DNA from: Trichoplax adhaerens
Lineage: Eukaryota; Animalia; Placozoa
Direction of reading: 5' to 3'
NCBI RefSeq assembly: GCF_000150275.1
Contig: NW_002060944.1
Coordinates: 2,828,152 to 2,892,151 of the forward strand
DNA length: 64,000 nucleotides
Part shown: positions 1 through 14,500 of the stretch, piece after piece
Layout: the number at the start of each line of letters is the position of its first letter
How positions within the stretch are numbered: the first letter of the stretch is position 1
Position numbers and translations under genes: made by a program
Notes under the pieces: model-generated
The model's input: the letters and a program-made list of their open reading frames with translations, nothing else
Databases searched by the model: none
What the model was told of the DNA's origin: nothing

Positions 1-813
1 CGAGTTGCCGTCTGAATTTTATACAATATTGGCCTCAGAGTTAAAGCAAGAACAAACCCAAAAGTAAACATTGCAAAGACATAGTACAAGCTAGTTGCTG
101 ATATACGCACTTTAATCTTTATGATTAGCAATCAAGATCCATTGCTATATTCAAAATACTTATAATCTCTTCTACAGATCGAAAGCTGCAGCTCTAGAAT
201 CTGAGCTGAGAACTAAAGCCATGCGAAAAAGAGATGAAGGAAGAATTTCTCGCCATTATTTATATACTATTATTCGCGTAAAATTTCCAGATGATGTTTT
301 AATACAAGGTATGACCCCTGATTATTAGCTCGAATGTTACGCTACCCTAATTACAGATGGTACCGTCTTCCTTTGTAATTTTAAGTGCGATAGCAGCTTA
401 TATTTTTCACTACTTGTTCTTAGGTACTTTTCATAGCAACGATGCGCTAGCAATGGTATTCGAATTTATCAATTCTTGTTTATGCAACGATGCCATCGTT
501 TATACACTTTCGACCTCAATAGGAAAGAAGCTCGATAATGACAAAGCAACCTTGTCCAAATTAGATTTAGTAAGTAGCGCAGTGATACATTTATATACTT
601 TCTCTTTCTTGCTATTAGGATATTCATAGTCACATTTCAATGTTTTATCACTGATGCACTCTCAACTTTCATTAGGTACCTTCATGTGTCTTACATGTAT
701 CATGGGATGTATCAATTATGGCTGAGTTACAAGCAGTTGGCCTTCTAGAACCAAGCCAAAAATTTTACTATCTTAAAAATAGTGTTAAATTTCTGATTCA
801 GGAGCTCCATTAA
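1..813 (+). CDS. UBXN6: UBX domain-containing protein 6 (UBXD1), 3' portion; 5' end lies outside the window
   Basis: Exons 1-63, 178-308, 424-569 and 676-813 splice in frame (GT-AG) to ELPSEFYTILASELKQEQTQK-SKAAALESELRTKAMRKRDEGRISRHYLYTIIRVKFPDDVLIQGTF...VPSCVLHVSWD...QELH*. This matches the recalled UBXN6 C-terminal UBX region (LRTKAMR...YTLLRVRLPDG.LLQGTF...LVPSALL.FSWD). Confidence 0.92.
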
Positions 814-1872
814 TGCTTCAATGCCTTTACGGAATACGTATTTAAATCGCTATATCAAAATAAGTGCTAATTCGAATATTATATACTTTAAACATATTTG
901 AATAGTATATTAATCTCTTGTCATTTATATTCTTGCATTCAGAATATTTGATAATATTCTATAAGGACATACTTTGGTACCACATACTTTAACAAAACGC
1001 GTGCAAACTTTTTATTCTTTCGAATCTTCTCGTTAAGGCTATTTCATATACTTGTAAAATATATTATGATAATTCTATTTGTATGATATACTTATCTAAG
1101 ATGATTTATAGAAAAGTAGGAAAGTGATATCAATACTTAATAATTATTATCATCAAAGTAATAAAAAAAGGCGATACCTCAATGGTATTATTTAATTGCA
1201 AACAACAAAATAACAACTCATAAGTTACCCATAGTGTAGTATATAATAATTACTATTATATACATTGACACGATACGCGATGTCATCTGTACAAGTGAAA
1301 CTGATTAACATAACTGACGCACGCTACGAAAGTAAAGATCATGTTACTCCTGCTAATAGTATCGCGCAAAAATGTAGACAAAAATTGCGCCAAAAACACT
1401 AGTGAACGACTTTTAAACTCTAACAGTGCTTTTAGATAAACTATGCTTGAATTTTCATTAGTGATTACGATTACTAAAAAGTATTACCGTAACAATTTAA
1501 AAGCTAGTCAGAATACTCTAACAAATACTTAATATTACTACATAGCGTTTACTTTTAAGATTCACCAAGCAAACGAATTGATTGATTCATATGATTCTAC
1601 CATAGTTAGAAATAGTAGAATTACTTCGTTTGTTAGGGTATAGAAGAACGCAACATGCAACTAAAGTCGTTTCTTTCTGATCTGTAATATTGTGAGCGTT
1701 CAGATATGGAGTGCATCTGTCTAAATAAGGTGATCACTATTGTTACTTTAATTAGATCTGTTCGACCGGAAAGAACGGCATGATAAAGAATAGAACTAAT
1801 GACCAAGCGATATTCCAACTCTCGTAGATTCCAACAATATGAGATTTCTAATAGCTAAGCAATCGATGAGCA

Positions 1873-4800
1873 TTATGCTAGAAGACTACGATATTTAGAT
1901 GATTTTATGAATCTAGGATAAGAGTCAGTAGCCATTAATTCTTTGATGCATTTTTGACCTTGATCGAAAATGTTATTATCAATTGATTCCATTCTTTTCC
2001 TGATATGACTTCTTGTTTTCGAATCTAAATTAATCTGTATTGTATAGAGTAACGATTATTTTGATTGCCTTAATGTCATTTTTAAAGTAACCCTAAAATT
2101 TACTAATTTTAAAGATAGGGTAACATTTAAATATGAGTTGTCTAATGAATAATAACTTATATCTGTATGTTAATGTGTAATAGGCATATCCAAAATAACA
2201 TGACAGCTATAAGAGATAATAAGTTACTATATTACATACAAAATTCCTTTGTTTAATTTAGGATTAGCCAAATTTAAAAAATCATTAAAAACAAGGCAAT
2301 TATTGGACAATAATAATTAATGTAATGTAATACTGAATATGCTAGAGAAAGAATCAAACAGTTCTTGTCCAAAAAATATTTTGTCATTTTACAGAAGTAA
2401 TATAATGACAGCCTAAATTTGGTTGATAAGAAACATAATGATTGTCTGCAAATGCAACATCACACCTAAACTACAGTATCACTTACTTCAGTTTTAGCTT
2501 TGCGCGAGACGTAAGTATCATAAATCCATTTGGCTCGGCTTTCGATTTCACCCTTGTTATCTATTTTCCTAAATTCTTCACATGCCAACCAAAATTTTAT
2601 ATTCTCATCACTAAATTCTGATTTTAAAAAGCGAGCGAAAGCTTCTATGCCATCTAAAATTCAAGTAGAGGTAAAGCAATCAATATCAGTGAATTTGAAA
2701 TTCTGCTACAAAAACTGCCGTAAACATAAAAGCTATATCCCTATTTTCAACAAATATTCCTTTCTACGGTATACTCGTAGTGTCTTCTGAGGAAATTATT
2801 ACGCAATCTAACATAAAACAATAGTAGTTTAATAAACTAAAACATAAATAATGAGATAATTGTATATAATCAAGCGTTTATCCAGCAAGTATTTTTTCAA
2901 ACAGTACGAACTGTGCTAAATATTTTATTTTGCTGACAAAACAGTGGCTATGTTCATTAATTAAAAACAGTTTATGATATATACACGATTGACGTTTAAA
3001 ATTTTGTCTGTCAGCCTGTAAGATACTAAGTGTATCTGTAAACCTTGCAAATCTAATTTGAATACATAACTCCAAATATAGCAAACAATAATATTCTTGT
3101 TAACTTTGTTGATATTATCGTCTTTTTTAGTGCTACATCAGTATTCTAAGGTATTTATAGAAGACTATACCGAGGATGGTTTAAAATAAATAATTTCAAA
3201 CGTGAACTATCGAAAAATTCCTACTGATGCATATTAAATATTTTTGTTTAACTTAATACGTGTATCATATATACGGGTATATACTATTATGGGCATTTGT
3301 TATTAGTTCTTTCCATTTAGATAGTAAATTGGATATACGTAGTAGGCTGTGCTGTTTGTCTTTGCCTGGAGCTAGCACAGAATTTGATGTAAAACAATAA
3401 TACCAAAATTGATCATCTTTATCGTGGTTTAAAAAAATTATAAAGCAACGTAGAAAACTACGACTACGATAGCCTTATGCGTGAGATTTTATCAATAGGC
3501 TAAAATAAAATTGAGAGCAATACAGCATAGTTTTAACTCAATTAAATAAAATGAAAAAATCAATTCAAAAAAAATAGTGAGACGGTTACGATAGGACCAC
3601 GTATTTTCAGTAGAAGTTAAAATTTAACGATATAAATCGTTACTTATTATTGTTAATGTTTTGCTATTTAACTGCTATGAAAAAGTTAACGTAGAGCATG
3701 AGTTATATAATATTTCCTAATAATTATGTTTTAAACAATAAACTGGCAATAATTATCTACCTATTAAAGAGTTAACTATGAGAAATCGAAAACATCCAAT
3801 AGTACTTCATAGTTGATATTTTATATAATAAAATTAGGAGCAAAATAGTATTACACTATCATTTTGAGATGTATGTTACCAAAGTTTATGTGCTGTAAGT
3901 ATATCTTCGTCGAAAACGGAAGTTTGACTTGTATATCAATACTGGAAAATTTACATAATTTTGTTGAAAAATGCTAAAATATGCAATACCTAAGTAGATG
4001 GTGTGTGATTTACGGAACGGTTACGCTTTAATAATTAATATGATGAATAATATTTTTAAATATTACGCGCTTACGTAGGAAAATTACATAGCGAAGATAT
4101 TTATTAATATGTAATTTGCGGTACGCAATAACAACGTACTATATTAGAGCAAAGACTTTGAAATGTGTTAAAAGGAGAATAAAAGATAACTAATAATACA
4201 GGTATTTAATCGCATGATTACTTATAAAAATCCTGATAGTAAACGGGATGCTGTGATTGACGACGATATCTGTTTAGTTTATTAATATATCCCACTTGTG
4301 TATCAATCATAGCTAATATCACTATTTATTAATTTAATGTGACTTAATTATTAATTTGCTCATTCTTTCTTTGAAGTTTAATTCATTACAGATGTTATTA
4401 TTTGAAAAAGTGATGTCATCTAAATTTGAATAACTGATGAAAATTGACGGTATGGCAAAAATTATAATATGTTGCAAGCCAACAAATATTATAGCTGAAT
4501 GATTAAAATTCTCTCAAATAGCAATACGACAATTAGTATATATAATGGAAGATTATCTACTCCAGCTTCCCTACTTTTCTTTAAAATTTCAGTAATGATT
4601 TTAACTACCGTGAAATATTGCATGTTATTCATTTATTTCAGAGTTCTAACAGTCTTTCAATCAAAAGCTATCACAAATAATTATCATATACATAATTTCA
4701 ATTCGAGTCTGCTTACAGGACTATACTGCACGTACGATAGTGTAATCAGATAGATACAGTTAATTTAAGATTGGTCGAGAACATCATCAATGCAAGGAAT

Positions 4801-7800
4801 TAGAATCATTGTAGCTGTAGTATTTGATAAAATTTTTTTCATATTCGTGAGGCGTTAAAGCAGCTTTAACCTTTCATGATTCAAAATATAACTTGTCAGT
4901 ACTCAGTAGCACGTAGTATTGTGATTATTTTGGCACGCATTTGCGTATTAACATGCATATACAGATATAGATGATATTTGCCCATAGTTATTTCGACTGC
5001 TCGGTTATATTTATGAATGACAGCGCTACAATGTTAGAAGCAACATCTATGGCGCTAGCCGAGAAATTTACAGTTACGTTTAAGAAAAAATTTTCGATTA
5101 CTTTAAATATATCTTATTTGGGCTCATAATTTACATATTACATACAGTATTTATGTTTTGAAGCCGCTAGTAAAAATTTATTGTATGAATATCTTTGTTC
5201 ATCAACAATCTCTTTTAATATGCTGAAAATTTCTGATTCTGTCAATGTTGTAGCGTACCAAATATTTCGTAGTAACAATTTAGCTTTGAAGTATTACTAA
5301 CTGAAAAGGCTATTCAGTTGATTACGTGACATGCATTGCTTTGTGCAATGTTTACTTTCAATGTTACCAAGTCTGTTCGATATTCCTGAATTATACTAGG
5401 GCAATGCTCTAACTACAGGGTCTTTGGACTCTCTCTCATTTTAATTATATATCATAAGTATGATACGAGTTATCCAAATCTGAATTTACTTAATGAATTA
5501 ACATAGACTTTTAGAAGGGCCATAACCATTATTAAAAACGTACAAGGTGTATCTTACTTCTACTACCAAAGGAATATATATTAATAATGCATACGCACCA
5601 TAGTATGTTTAGAAATAGGTGATTTTAAAATATTACTTTTTGCAGTATGATTTGGCTTTAAACAGGGGCCTATTTTGATTTTAATCCATCAAATCTAACA
5701 CTTTTATCAAGAAAAATACCGTTACTAACTATTGCCATCTAGCGTAGATACCTTTCCAAGAAACACTATACTGTATTTGCAGTCATATTATCAAAATAAT
5801 GTGGATACCATTCAAATTTAGCTATTTGACAACATTTTCTAGCTTTTCTAGTTATTTTAGACGTAATGATCTAGTGAAATCGATTAGCAATAAATAATAA
5901 TGATTATATATTTAATTAATTAAGAAAATTACAGTAAGTTTCAAGATATTATCTGAAATAGCCATTGTATAATCATAGTTATTGCATCTATAATACATTG
6001 CACTATAATTTTACATTATGTCTGGTACATCAATATTTTTCCAGTTAATAGCAATGGTATGATTGCATATTGCAATTAATCTGTAAAACTATTGTATGCT
6101 GTTATCTGTTTTTTACATTTTTCCTTCGGAGAGAAAAAAAGAAATATTGTCATGGTCTTCCTATTACTATAATACCACTATACTTTTTCCATATATATCA
6201 CTATGAATAATGTTAAGTTAAATCTGATATCATTAGAAAATGATTAATTGTGATACTGTATTAAATAAATTAAGCGATATGATACTTGCTGAGTACAGTA
6301 AAGATCACAGCATTAACAACGAAAATAAATGAGCCCGTAAAGGATATAATTCATAGCTCGTACTATCTAAGCTTATTAATGTGATCTTATATCATTTTAG
6401 CTCACATTAGACTGGTACTGGTACTTGAATAGGCTACATTCTAGTAATTCATCAAAGAAATACTTGAATAATTCAACATACAAGTTCGTATTACATTTGA
6501 ATTACTATGTTAGACCTACTTAATTATTATGAAGCCTCAAAAAAAGAAAATATAATACCTGATATTAATTGATCGATATATCGCGTATCATCAGTATTTG
6601 TACAACACAGAGATTTGTTTAAACAAATCAAACCAAAGAAATTAGTAGTAAGACTTCAGTAAAATTTAAATTTACTTATAGCTAAAAAAATGTGTCAAAG
6701 TATTTTTCATCTGTTCAGTTAATGATATCAAAAGTAAAATCGAAATGGAACTTCTTTGCAAGATTATTGCTTAGCGCAAAGCTCCAGTTGAGGGGGCATT
6801 ACAGTTCACTTTGCCACATTTTCTTTGGCTAAGTGTTATACTTAATTAGATATTATTTTCTGCCTCATCTCTCTATACCTTTATATGCTCACAAGAAAAG
6901 TTAACATTTACTCTGTCTGCGCCTGATCGTAAAATATAATTTTTTAAAAGTTATTTTCCCTTTTTCTAGTCGGAAAACTATACTGCTGTATATCTATAAA
7001 TTTTATAACACAATCATGTTTGCACGTGTCTCGTGCCAAATGTAATATCTAGGTTTAAGACTCTAGTTTTTAAAGGGATAATTGCAGTTTACTAGCTTTT
7101 CTAACAGTTAACTTATTAAAACTGTTACATCGAATAATAGTGATCGTCAGCTAAAGCATCAACGTAAATCGTAAGTAGCTAATTATAGTCATTTTGATAT
7201 ACACACATTACTGTAATGGATATTAAACATAGGAATATCCTTGAATTAATTTTACCAGTGATAGTGATGGAAATTAGTATATAGCTTCAGGAACTAAAAA
7301 AGGTGGGCCATTACTTACATCATCTATGCCTAGAAGACAATTTTTTCTTAATTTTATACGCGAGTATTAAATTTGTGCATTTAACGCTTACTGTCGCACG
7401 TACTGTATTAATGTATGCTAAGCTAATACTTAAAAAATAGCAAAAATACACTACATGAGCTAACTAGTATTAAAAAAATTTAATAGAAAGTTGTTACAAC
7501 AATGTCAAATTGTATCGCTGATTTTAACTTATGAAATTCATCCTTTATGTTACGTGTATAATACACTGCGAGCCTACCGTAGCATTTAATAATGCTTCTA
7601 TAAATGAAAATGTATATTGTAAAATGCACAAAGTTAAAATATATATGTCGTTCTATGCCGAAGTGAACTTCTGTAGTCCTATTTAACTAATTTTTGATGA
7701 TACTCTCATAAATATGGATTAAAGAAGGCAATTTTACCTAAACTTTTATATTTTTTCTCTATATTCACAAGATATGTAGTAAATTGACTTTCGGTCAAAC

Positions 7801-9534
7801 AAAAAATATTACGACGTGAATGAGCTATTTACTTATGCGCAAACATGATATGGTAAATCTACATAGTACCGAACTGGAGTGTGATTGTGGCGCAAAATGG
7901 CAACGTGTTCAGTGAAGTAGTAGCGGATAGGGTCTAGAACACTATTTAGCACAAATAATTGAAGTCCGCTATTAGACAGCTTTTAGACACAATATTAATG
8001 TACTGCACGAATACATTTGAAAATTTTTCAGGAGCTGTGAAGGCGTAAAGTGGTCAATAATTTTTTACTGACCACTTTTTATCAATGCAACACAAAACAA
8101 CTCAGTCTAATCCAAAAAAAAAATGAAAGACCAATTTTACTTCTGTCGTTATTAATCAATAGCGCTTTTCATTAATACAAGATGTAAAATACTCTTACAA
8201 CTTGAGATTTAATTGGTGACCGAATATACAGATATGCAGAAATACAGAAAGACAGTTATCGTTGATCTTAATAAAGACTCATTGCTTTCTCGTCGTTACT
8301 TATGGCGTACGTACGTACACTCTGTCTAATTATATTCAATACTATCTTACCAGCATCTCTCAGTAAATCATCGAAAGAATGACCCCAAACTTTGGCTTTA
8401 GCAGCTAACGATGCCCTATATTTTATTTTTTGTTAGTTCGATTATTCAAACAAGCAAAACACAGAAGAAAAATTATTACATGATTAATAAGTTTACTACA
8501 TTAAAATGACGATAAAATAATATTTCTGCATTGATTTCAAAAGCTTCTACAATTAGCACATAATTTAGTAAAAATCAACGACTATTAACGAGTATAATAA
8601 AGGATAAGTGGTAGAAGGTACCCTTATTGAAAAACGCAAAAAATAATGCATAATGAAACTAATTTTGTCTCAATTACGTTTTGGAAAAGCAAGATTTACT
8701 TCACTATTATGTAAAACAGAACTTAAAATTGAAAGCGAGTTGCGATAAGTAGTAGAGAAGAACGTATGAAACTATAATCAAGCTAGTTTCTTTGAAGTGA
8801 AACTGCATAAAAATTATTTTAAACATGAGACTTGCTATTAAAATATAATGAATCTCTGTAGTAGATCGATTCTATCGTTCAATTACAATTCTAGAAAGTA
8901 GTTCTAAAGAGAACTCATAAAAATTAACATTCCGTGCTTTTATCGTATCTTAATTTAAGTTTACTTCGTTGACTATTAGTGGCAATCTATATTTAACGAA
9001 AGCAAGGAGTGCTTCTAATGCTTTTAATATCTACAGTCTATAGTACACCTGTACTTGATGCGATTCCTTGACGTTCCGCCGCCATATCAGACAACTAAAG
9101 GAAATATGTTATAGTAGTAACTTCGTCTAGAAATCCGATTTTTCATACAATTTCTATCTGCAACGGTGATAATCGTACTTAAAATGTAAAGCCTACAAAA
9201 TACATTGGGATAAGTTACTATTTTACTATCTCAGACATCTACACCTACTCGTGTGTATGACGAATAAAATACTGAATCGTGAATTTTACCATCACTAGTT
9301 AAGGGTAGTACAGCTTATTATTGGATTCAACATGATGTTACGTTCGTATCTTTGAACGATTTTTACGAAATTTTTTTGAACGGGCAAATCACGCCTCAAT
9401 ATTGATCATTTACGATTTAAAAACATAGCTATGACGGTCTAAAGAAGTATATGCAAACTGTATTAAAAAAATTAAAAATTATTCATATTATTGTAATGAC
9501 AGATAACGAAGGAGTTTATGACATCCACTTACAT
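1873..9534 (-). CDS. Small regulator of G-protein signalling (RGS-domain) protein, R4-like, ~131 aa
   Basis: Minus-strand exons 8415-8351 (ASLAAKAKVWGHSFDDLLRDA), 2653-2487 (DGIEAFARFLKSEFSDENIKFWLACEEFRK...AKWIYDTYVSRKAKTE) and 2034-1873 (INLDSKTR...IFDQGQKCIKELMATDSYPRFIKSSKYRSLLA*) have consistent phases. RGS motifs SEFSxENIxFWLACE and DSYPRF are present. The upstream exon 9593-9533 ends in AT|gtaagt, giving a putative split start codon AT|G (the start is less certain than the domain). Confidence 0.9.
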
Positions 9535-10390
9535 TTGCTTGTCTTGTTGAAAAAACGATGTCAAATTAACAAGTTGTGATGAAATTCTTTCCTCTAGCCG
9601 ATATTATCGACGGTGAAGTTTTAGTACTTTCTGAATAATTAAATAAGCTGATTTTGCCTTTTTCTAAAATTGAAGAAAAAATAGTAATGGCTATCAAGGG
9701 ATTAACGGTTGAAAAAATTAATTTGAATGTGACTAGCGTCTCTAAAGCATTCGCTTCCGTTAATACAATAATTACTGTGTGTATTTCTGCACTATTACGA
9801 TCTTATTATCATAAATGACAAAAACAAGGTAACAAACGACAGTAGCACAATCTTAGTTAATAAGAAGAAAGTGCATCTTAATAGGCGAGCAATAGACAGC
9901 CCCTTTCAATTAGGCTGTGTTATTAATATGGAAGCAAATAGGAATAAAGACTAGTAAAAATCAATAGTTTCCTATGAAATATGTATATATATAATCTAAT
10001 ATCAAAAGGGGCTTACCCTAGTCTTAGCGCCTTTTGGTACTAAAATAGGACTACTCTAGTAATTAGAATCGCATGAAAGACACACAACATTCATCCATTA
10101 TTGAATAATAATGGTGATATCAACCTCTTAGCATATTTTTATTAATAATTTGGATTATAATAGGCAATAGAAATAGACTAATGCATTCAGTTAGGTTGTA
10201 TCAAATCGAACTAGATTTCATACCAGTTATAGGGCAACAAATAAGACTTTTTTCTCTCAAATAGAATATCATTCTATTATGTTTATCGTCTATTATACTA
10301 ACTGATCCGCATACAGCAAGGTTATTGTCTTGCTATATAAAATACTATCGCGTGTGTGAAGTTGATTATTGTTCGACGATTATAAGTTAC

Positions 10391-10680
10391 CTTTACTGCC
10401 CACCTCCTTATTCTACATGTTCACTGGATTATTGGAAAGTGAACGGCGTAACTTTATTGACATCATCAGCATTGTTTGACTTCATCACCATAATAATCAA
10501 AGCTGCCTTAATATTATCGATGGGATTGGCTAGGTTCGTATTCAACCAAGCAATTAAATCAATCAATCTAGTCAAACTGTTTACACATCATCATTCTAAT
10601 GCCGACACAAATCAAATAATTTCCTCCCCTTCAAGCCTTCTTTCTAGTCTTTGTGTCAATAAAGTCCTTTAGCATGCGTA
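10391..10680 (-). other. Candidate upstream (5' UTR) exon of the RGS gene
   Basis: Less AT-rich segment ending in the donor AAG|gtaact (exon end 10391). Its phase fits exon 9593-9533, but there is an in-frame TAG at 10415-10413. The 5' boundary is approximate. Confidence 0.35.
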
Positions 10681-13600
10681 TACATATACTATATCTTTCT
10701 ATAACAAATTCATTTTACCTTTCTATTAATTTGCTACCTCATTATCTAGACCATAATATCCAAATTACTATAATACCGCTTCCTTTAAAGTAAATGTCAT
10801 TATCTTACTAAGGACTCCTTTCTTTATTCATAGTGATAATGATATTGCAGTTGGTAAGAATTTCAAAAAATAACTTAACTAGGCATGAACAGGTTACTAG
10901 TAAAATAATTCATAGTTAAATTTATTAAAAATATGTTCACTTTTAATTCTCAACCCTATTTTGACAGGGCAATACCGATAACGTCAATTATACCCATATG
11001 CGCATCTAGCCTATATAGTGGTAAATAGCCCACTACTATAATTGGTTTGAGGTGGGTATACTGCTACAATATACTCAACCTAAAGTCATCCCCATAGCAA
11101 ATTTGACTACGGAAGAATTGATCATCCTATATGAAGGTCAAAATAAAATTGAGAGTGATAGTAATATTTTTAAATTGATTACAAACTATGCCATTCCTTT
11201 CAAGCTATAACCGTGATTTACGTTACTTCTTAATTTAGTAGAAGCTATTATGTTCGTTGCTGACAAACACTGTGCACGCTTACAGTATCACCTGAAGGCG
11301 GCAGCACCATATTTGAGTTCAGTTACTGTAGTATACTATCTATTGTATTATAACAGTCCATCATGATCAAATTTAACAACATTCCCTACCGTTTAAAACT
11401 GCCGCTTATCGAAATATCTCTTATGAATAAAATAAGAATATTTCGATCCACTGATTGGGCTATTTAAGCACTGGATAAAATTTTATTAAAATATCATTAC
11501 ATAAAGATAATCGTATATATATACAACCACAAATCTGCTAACTGTACAATAAGATTTACTCAATTTCTTTCTATTAGTTTTTTAACCGTACAATTGATCA
11601 CCTTAATGATATTCGTATTGTTTTCGAACTAGAATAATGTTAACCCCTGCCTGATTCAAGTTGTTCAACTAACTATAGTCTACAGATTGCTGTTTTATGC
11701 TTCCCTCAGATCGTACAAACTTCCATTTTTCATCGATATCGTATCGACAGAATTTTCTATTCTATTCTATTTTATTCTATGCTAAAATGTTAAAAAATTT
11801 AATTTTTTCTTAAAATCATATATTTCTATTGCAGGCCACAAATCACTATGACACTTAATTATTCTCGTTTATTCGTATTAGTTGTAACTATTAACTGCTA
11901 TTTCAATCAGTTTTAGAGGGATAACAATAGCTGAAGGCCTGCACCTGATAACATATTTTTCGAAGAAATCAATTCACAACGTATATCTCTAATGAGAATT
12001 TTATACCGTAGCTAGTTCAACTTTGTAAGATTCCCTACCGCATTATAATGATGCACGAGTAAAAGCTACCCAAATAATGATCTACGAACCGATTGCGCAT
12101 TATATCCATAGCCATAGCATTTTTGATTATATTTAAGATTAGCCATAATAACTGTTAAGCTTGCGTTTCAGTTTAATCATGGGCAAAATAATACAAGTTA
12201 TCACTCGGAATATTAATATTGGTCTTTCACTTGCAATGAATAAAATATTCAGCATGAACATATAAGCAATGAAATATCAATTGTGGTAAATTTGTTACTA
12301 AAACTGAATAGAAATCATCAAGTAAAGGAATTGCCATAAGATTACATTTCCTTTGCAAATAAATAATGTTATTCGCACAGCTTCCTTTAATAGTCTACGG
12401 GTGTAATCTATTTTAAGAGGAATTCCGATTATATCCTATTATTAAAGTGTTAATACAACTAAGGTCTCGTTTGTACTTTATTATGAGCTGAGATTGTTAT
12501 GTTTTATCAAATTACTGTATTAAGAATTAAAGAAGCCTAATCTTATTTCGATCATCTGAAATGCATCGTTTTTTGTCAAATAATTAAAAATGAAATATAA
12601 TATTAACTTGAATGGAATGTTCCTTTTTCTGAAATATTTATGCCTCTAAAGAAGTTCTGGAAATTTTCGTAGACATTTAAATTTTGACTATTGGACGCTC
12701 TTTTAGGTTTACTGACTTGAAATTGCATTTCAAAATAAAATAGAATAATACGTTCATTCTCGTTACCAATTTCATACCAACTAGAAAGCTGGTAGGGAAT
12801 GGTAACTATATTACAGAACAGGATTGCAATACTTAATACTACTCTTGATTATCGTGAGGTATTAATGTTTACGTGTGTCACCTCTTTAAAGTTTAAACCA
12901 GAACTGCAGTAGCACTGTTCAATGTCAGAGCAACAAGAACAATGCTACTAAATTGAAAAGTTTTGTAATAATCGCAACTTGATTGCCATGTGCAGTCTTT
13001 GATGATAGATAAAGCCACTGAATGCTATCACACATGATTTCAATTCTAAATCTTTTATAAAGCTACCTTTCGGTAACTGAAATAATATTATAGTCTTTGG
13101 TCATCTTTAAATGAAGAGAATTTACTGATAACGTTATATAATTACTAGAGCTAGTAGCTGACTAAGAAAAAATAGTAATGATTCATTGTTAATAGCGAAA
13201 TTTTTATGCAGTACATATGGAGACGAACATAGGTACCAAACACATTAAATAGGATAATAAAGTAGCTGTATAATAGCATTTTTAACCACCAATCAAGTAT
13301 CTATATCATAATCTGCGAAGTTTAAGAAAGATTTAAGGCTGTTTAAAATGTAAAATTTTTTTACTAGCTTAATGAATAAAAAAGATTTATAGTTTCGTGC
13401 TACTGCTTATTTTCGTCACATATAGCTATTATTCGCTATTCAGTGTGCAGTGGATTTTAACTATTTATATCCACTAATCGTATTTATTAGTATGCTACAA
13501 CTACAGTACTACTTAATTACCTAAGTTTATTCGTACTTTATATCTATCAATAATGAGTCTATTACAACAGAAAATAATTGATGGTAAAAGTGATTTTAAT

Positions 13601-14177
13601 TATTTAAGTATCTTTAAGTTGTATCTACTTGTTTTGCTAGATACTTAGAAAGATACTGCTGTAACCAGTGATTTTAAGACTTATGGATTTGACCATCTTT
13701 TTTCATTATTAGCTAAAATGAGCTGAGATGTTTGCTCATTTTGACGTAGATAGTAGCCCTTTCAAATCGCACTTGTACGTACATTGTTTATAGTCCTCTT
13801 CGAATTTTACTGAGATATAAATATATTGTTGAGAAGGGACTTAGATCACATAAACATATTTCAAAATAGATGATAAACCATATCCATATGTCCACTTCCT
13901 CACGAGATAATATGGATAATTTGGAGACTTGGCTACAAGAGACTCTATTCAGATGCTTTATAATTTCTGGTGTGTAAAAATTTCATTTTTAATGAGAATA
14001 CCTATTCATAAGAATTCTTTAAAACGCTATGATGACCCTGAAGCAGTACGTATCTTAAAAATGAGATAACCCATTTGATGCCCTAACCCATTTACAACGC
14101 AAATATTTTTTTAAATCGCAATAGAAAAACGGACTATGCAATTAGTTTAACAGTACAAAGATATCCCAATGTCTTAC

Positions 14178-14500
14178 CTTGATAAGTCAGACCTTTTCGA
14201 ATTTGCAGTGCAGACAATAGTACAGGTTATTTTAAAGCTAGTATGAAGTTATAAGCATAAAGTTGACGTTCGATTGAGCAGATCACCACGTGGTAAAGGA
14301 TCTTTACCGTATCCAAAATTTTTATAACCTTTGGTTGATGGAATTGGTGATGTAAAATTGTCAAGAGAGATTGTTTACAAAGTAAATCTAACATCTCTTT
14401 ATATATGGCAATGAATGGATGAAAGAGCTTGGACAAATAAATTCAGTTTCATCCAATGATAGTATGACATTAAAGACTACATCTTCAAATAAAGTTTGCA
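14178..14500 (-). other. Candidate alternative first (5' UTR) exon of the RGS gene
   Basis: Strong donor CAAG|gtaagac (exon end 14178). Contains the uORF 14436-14227. The 5' boundary is approximate. Confidence 0.35.

Noticed and set aside
10325-10672. 115-aa + strand ORF
   Set aside because: TTG start, no recognisable domain, and it lies antisense to a candidate RGS leader exon.
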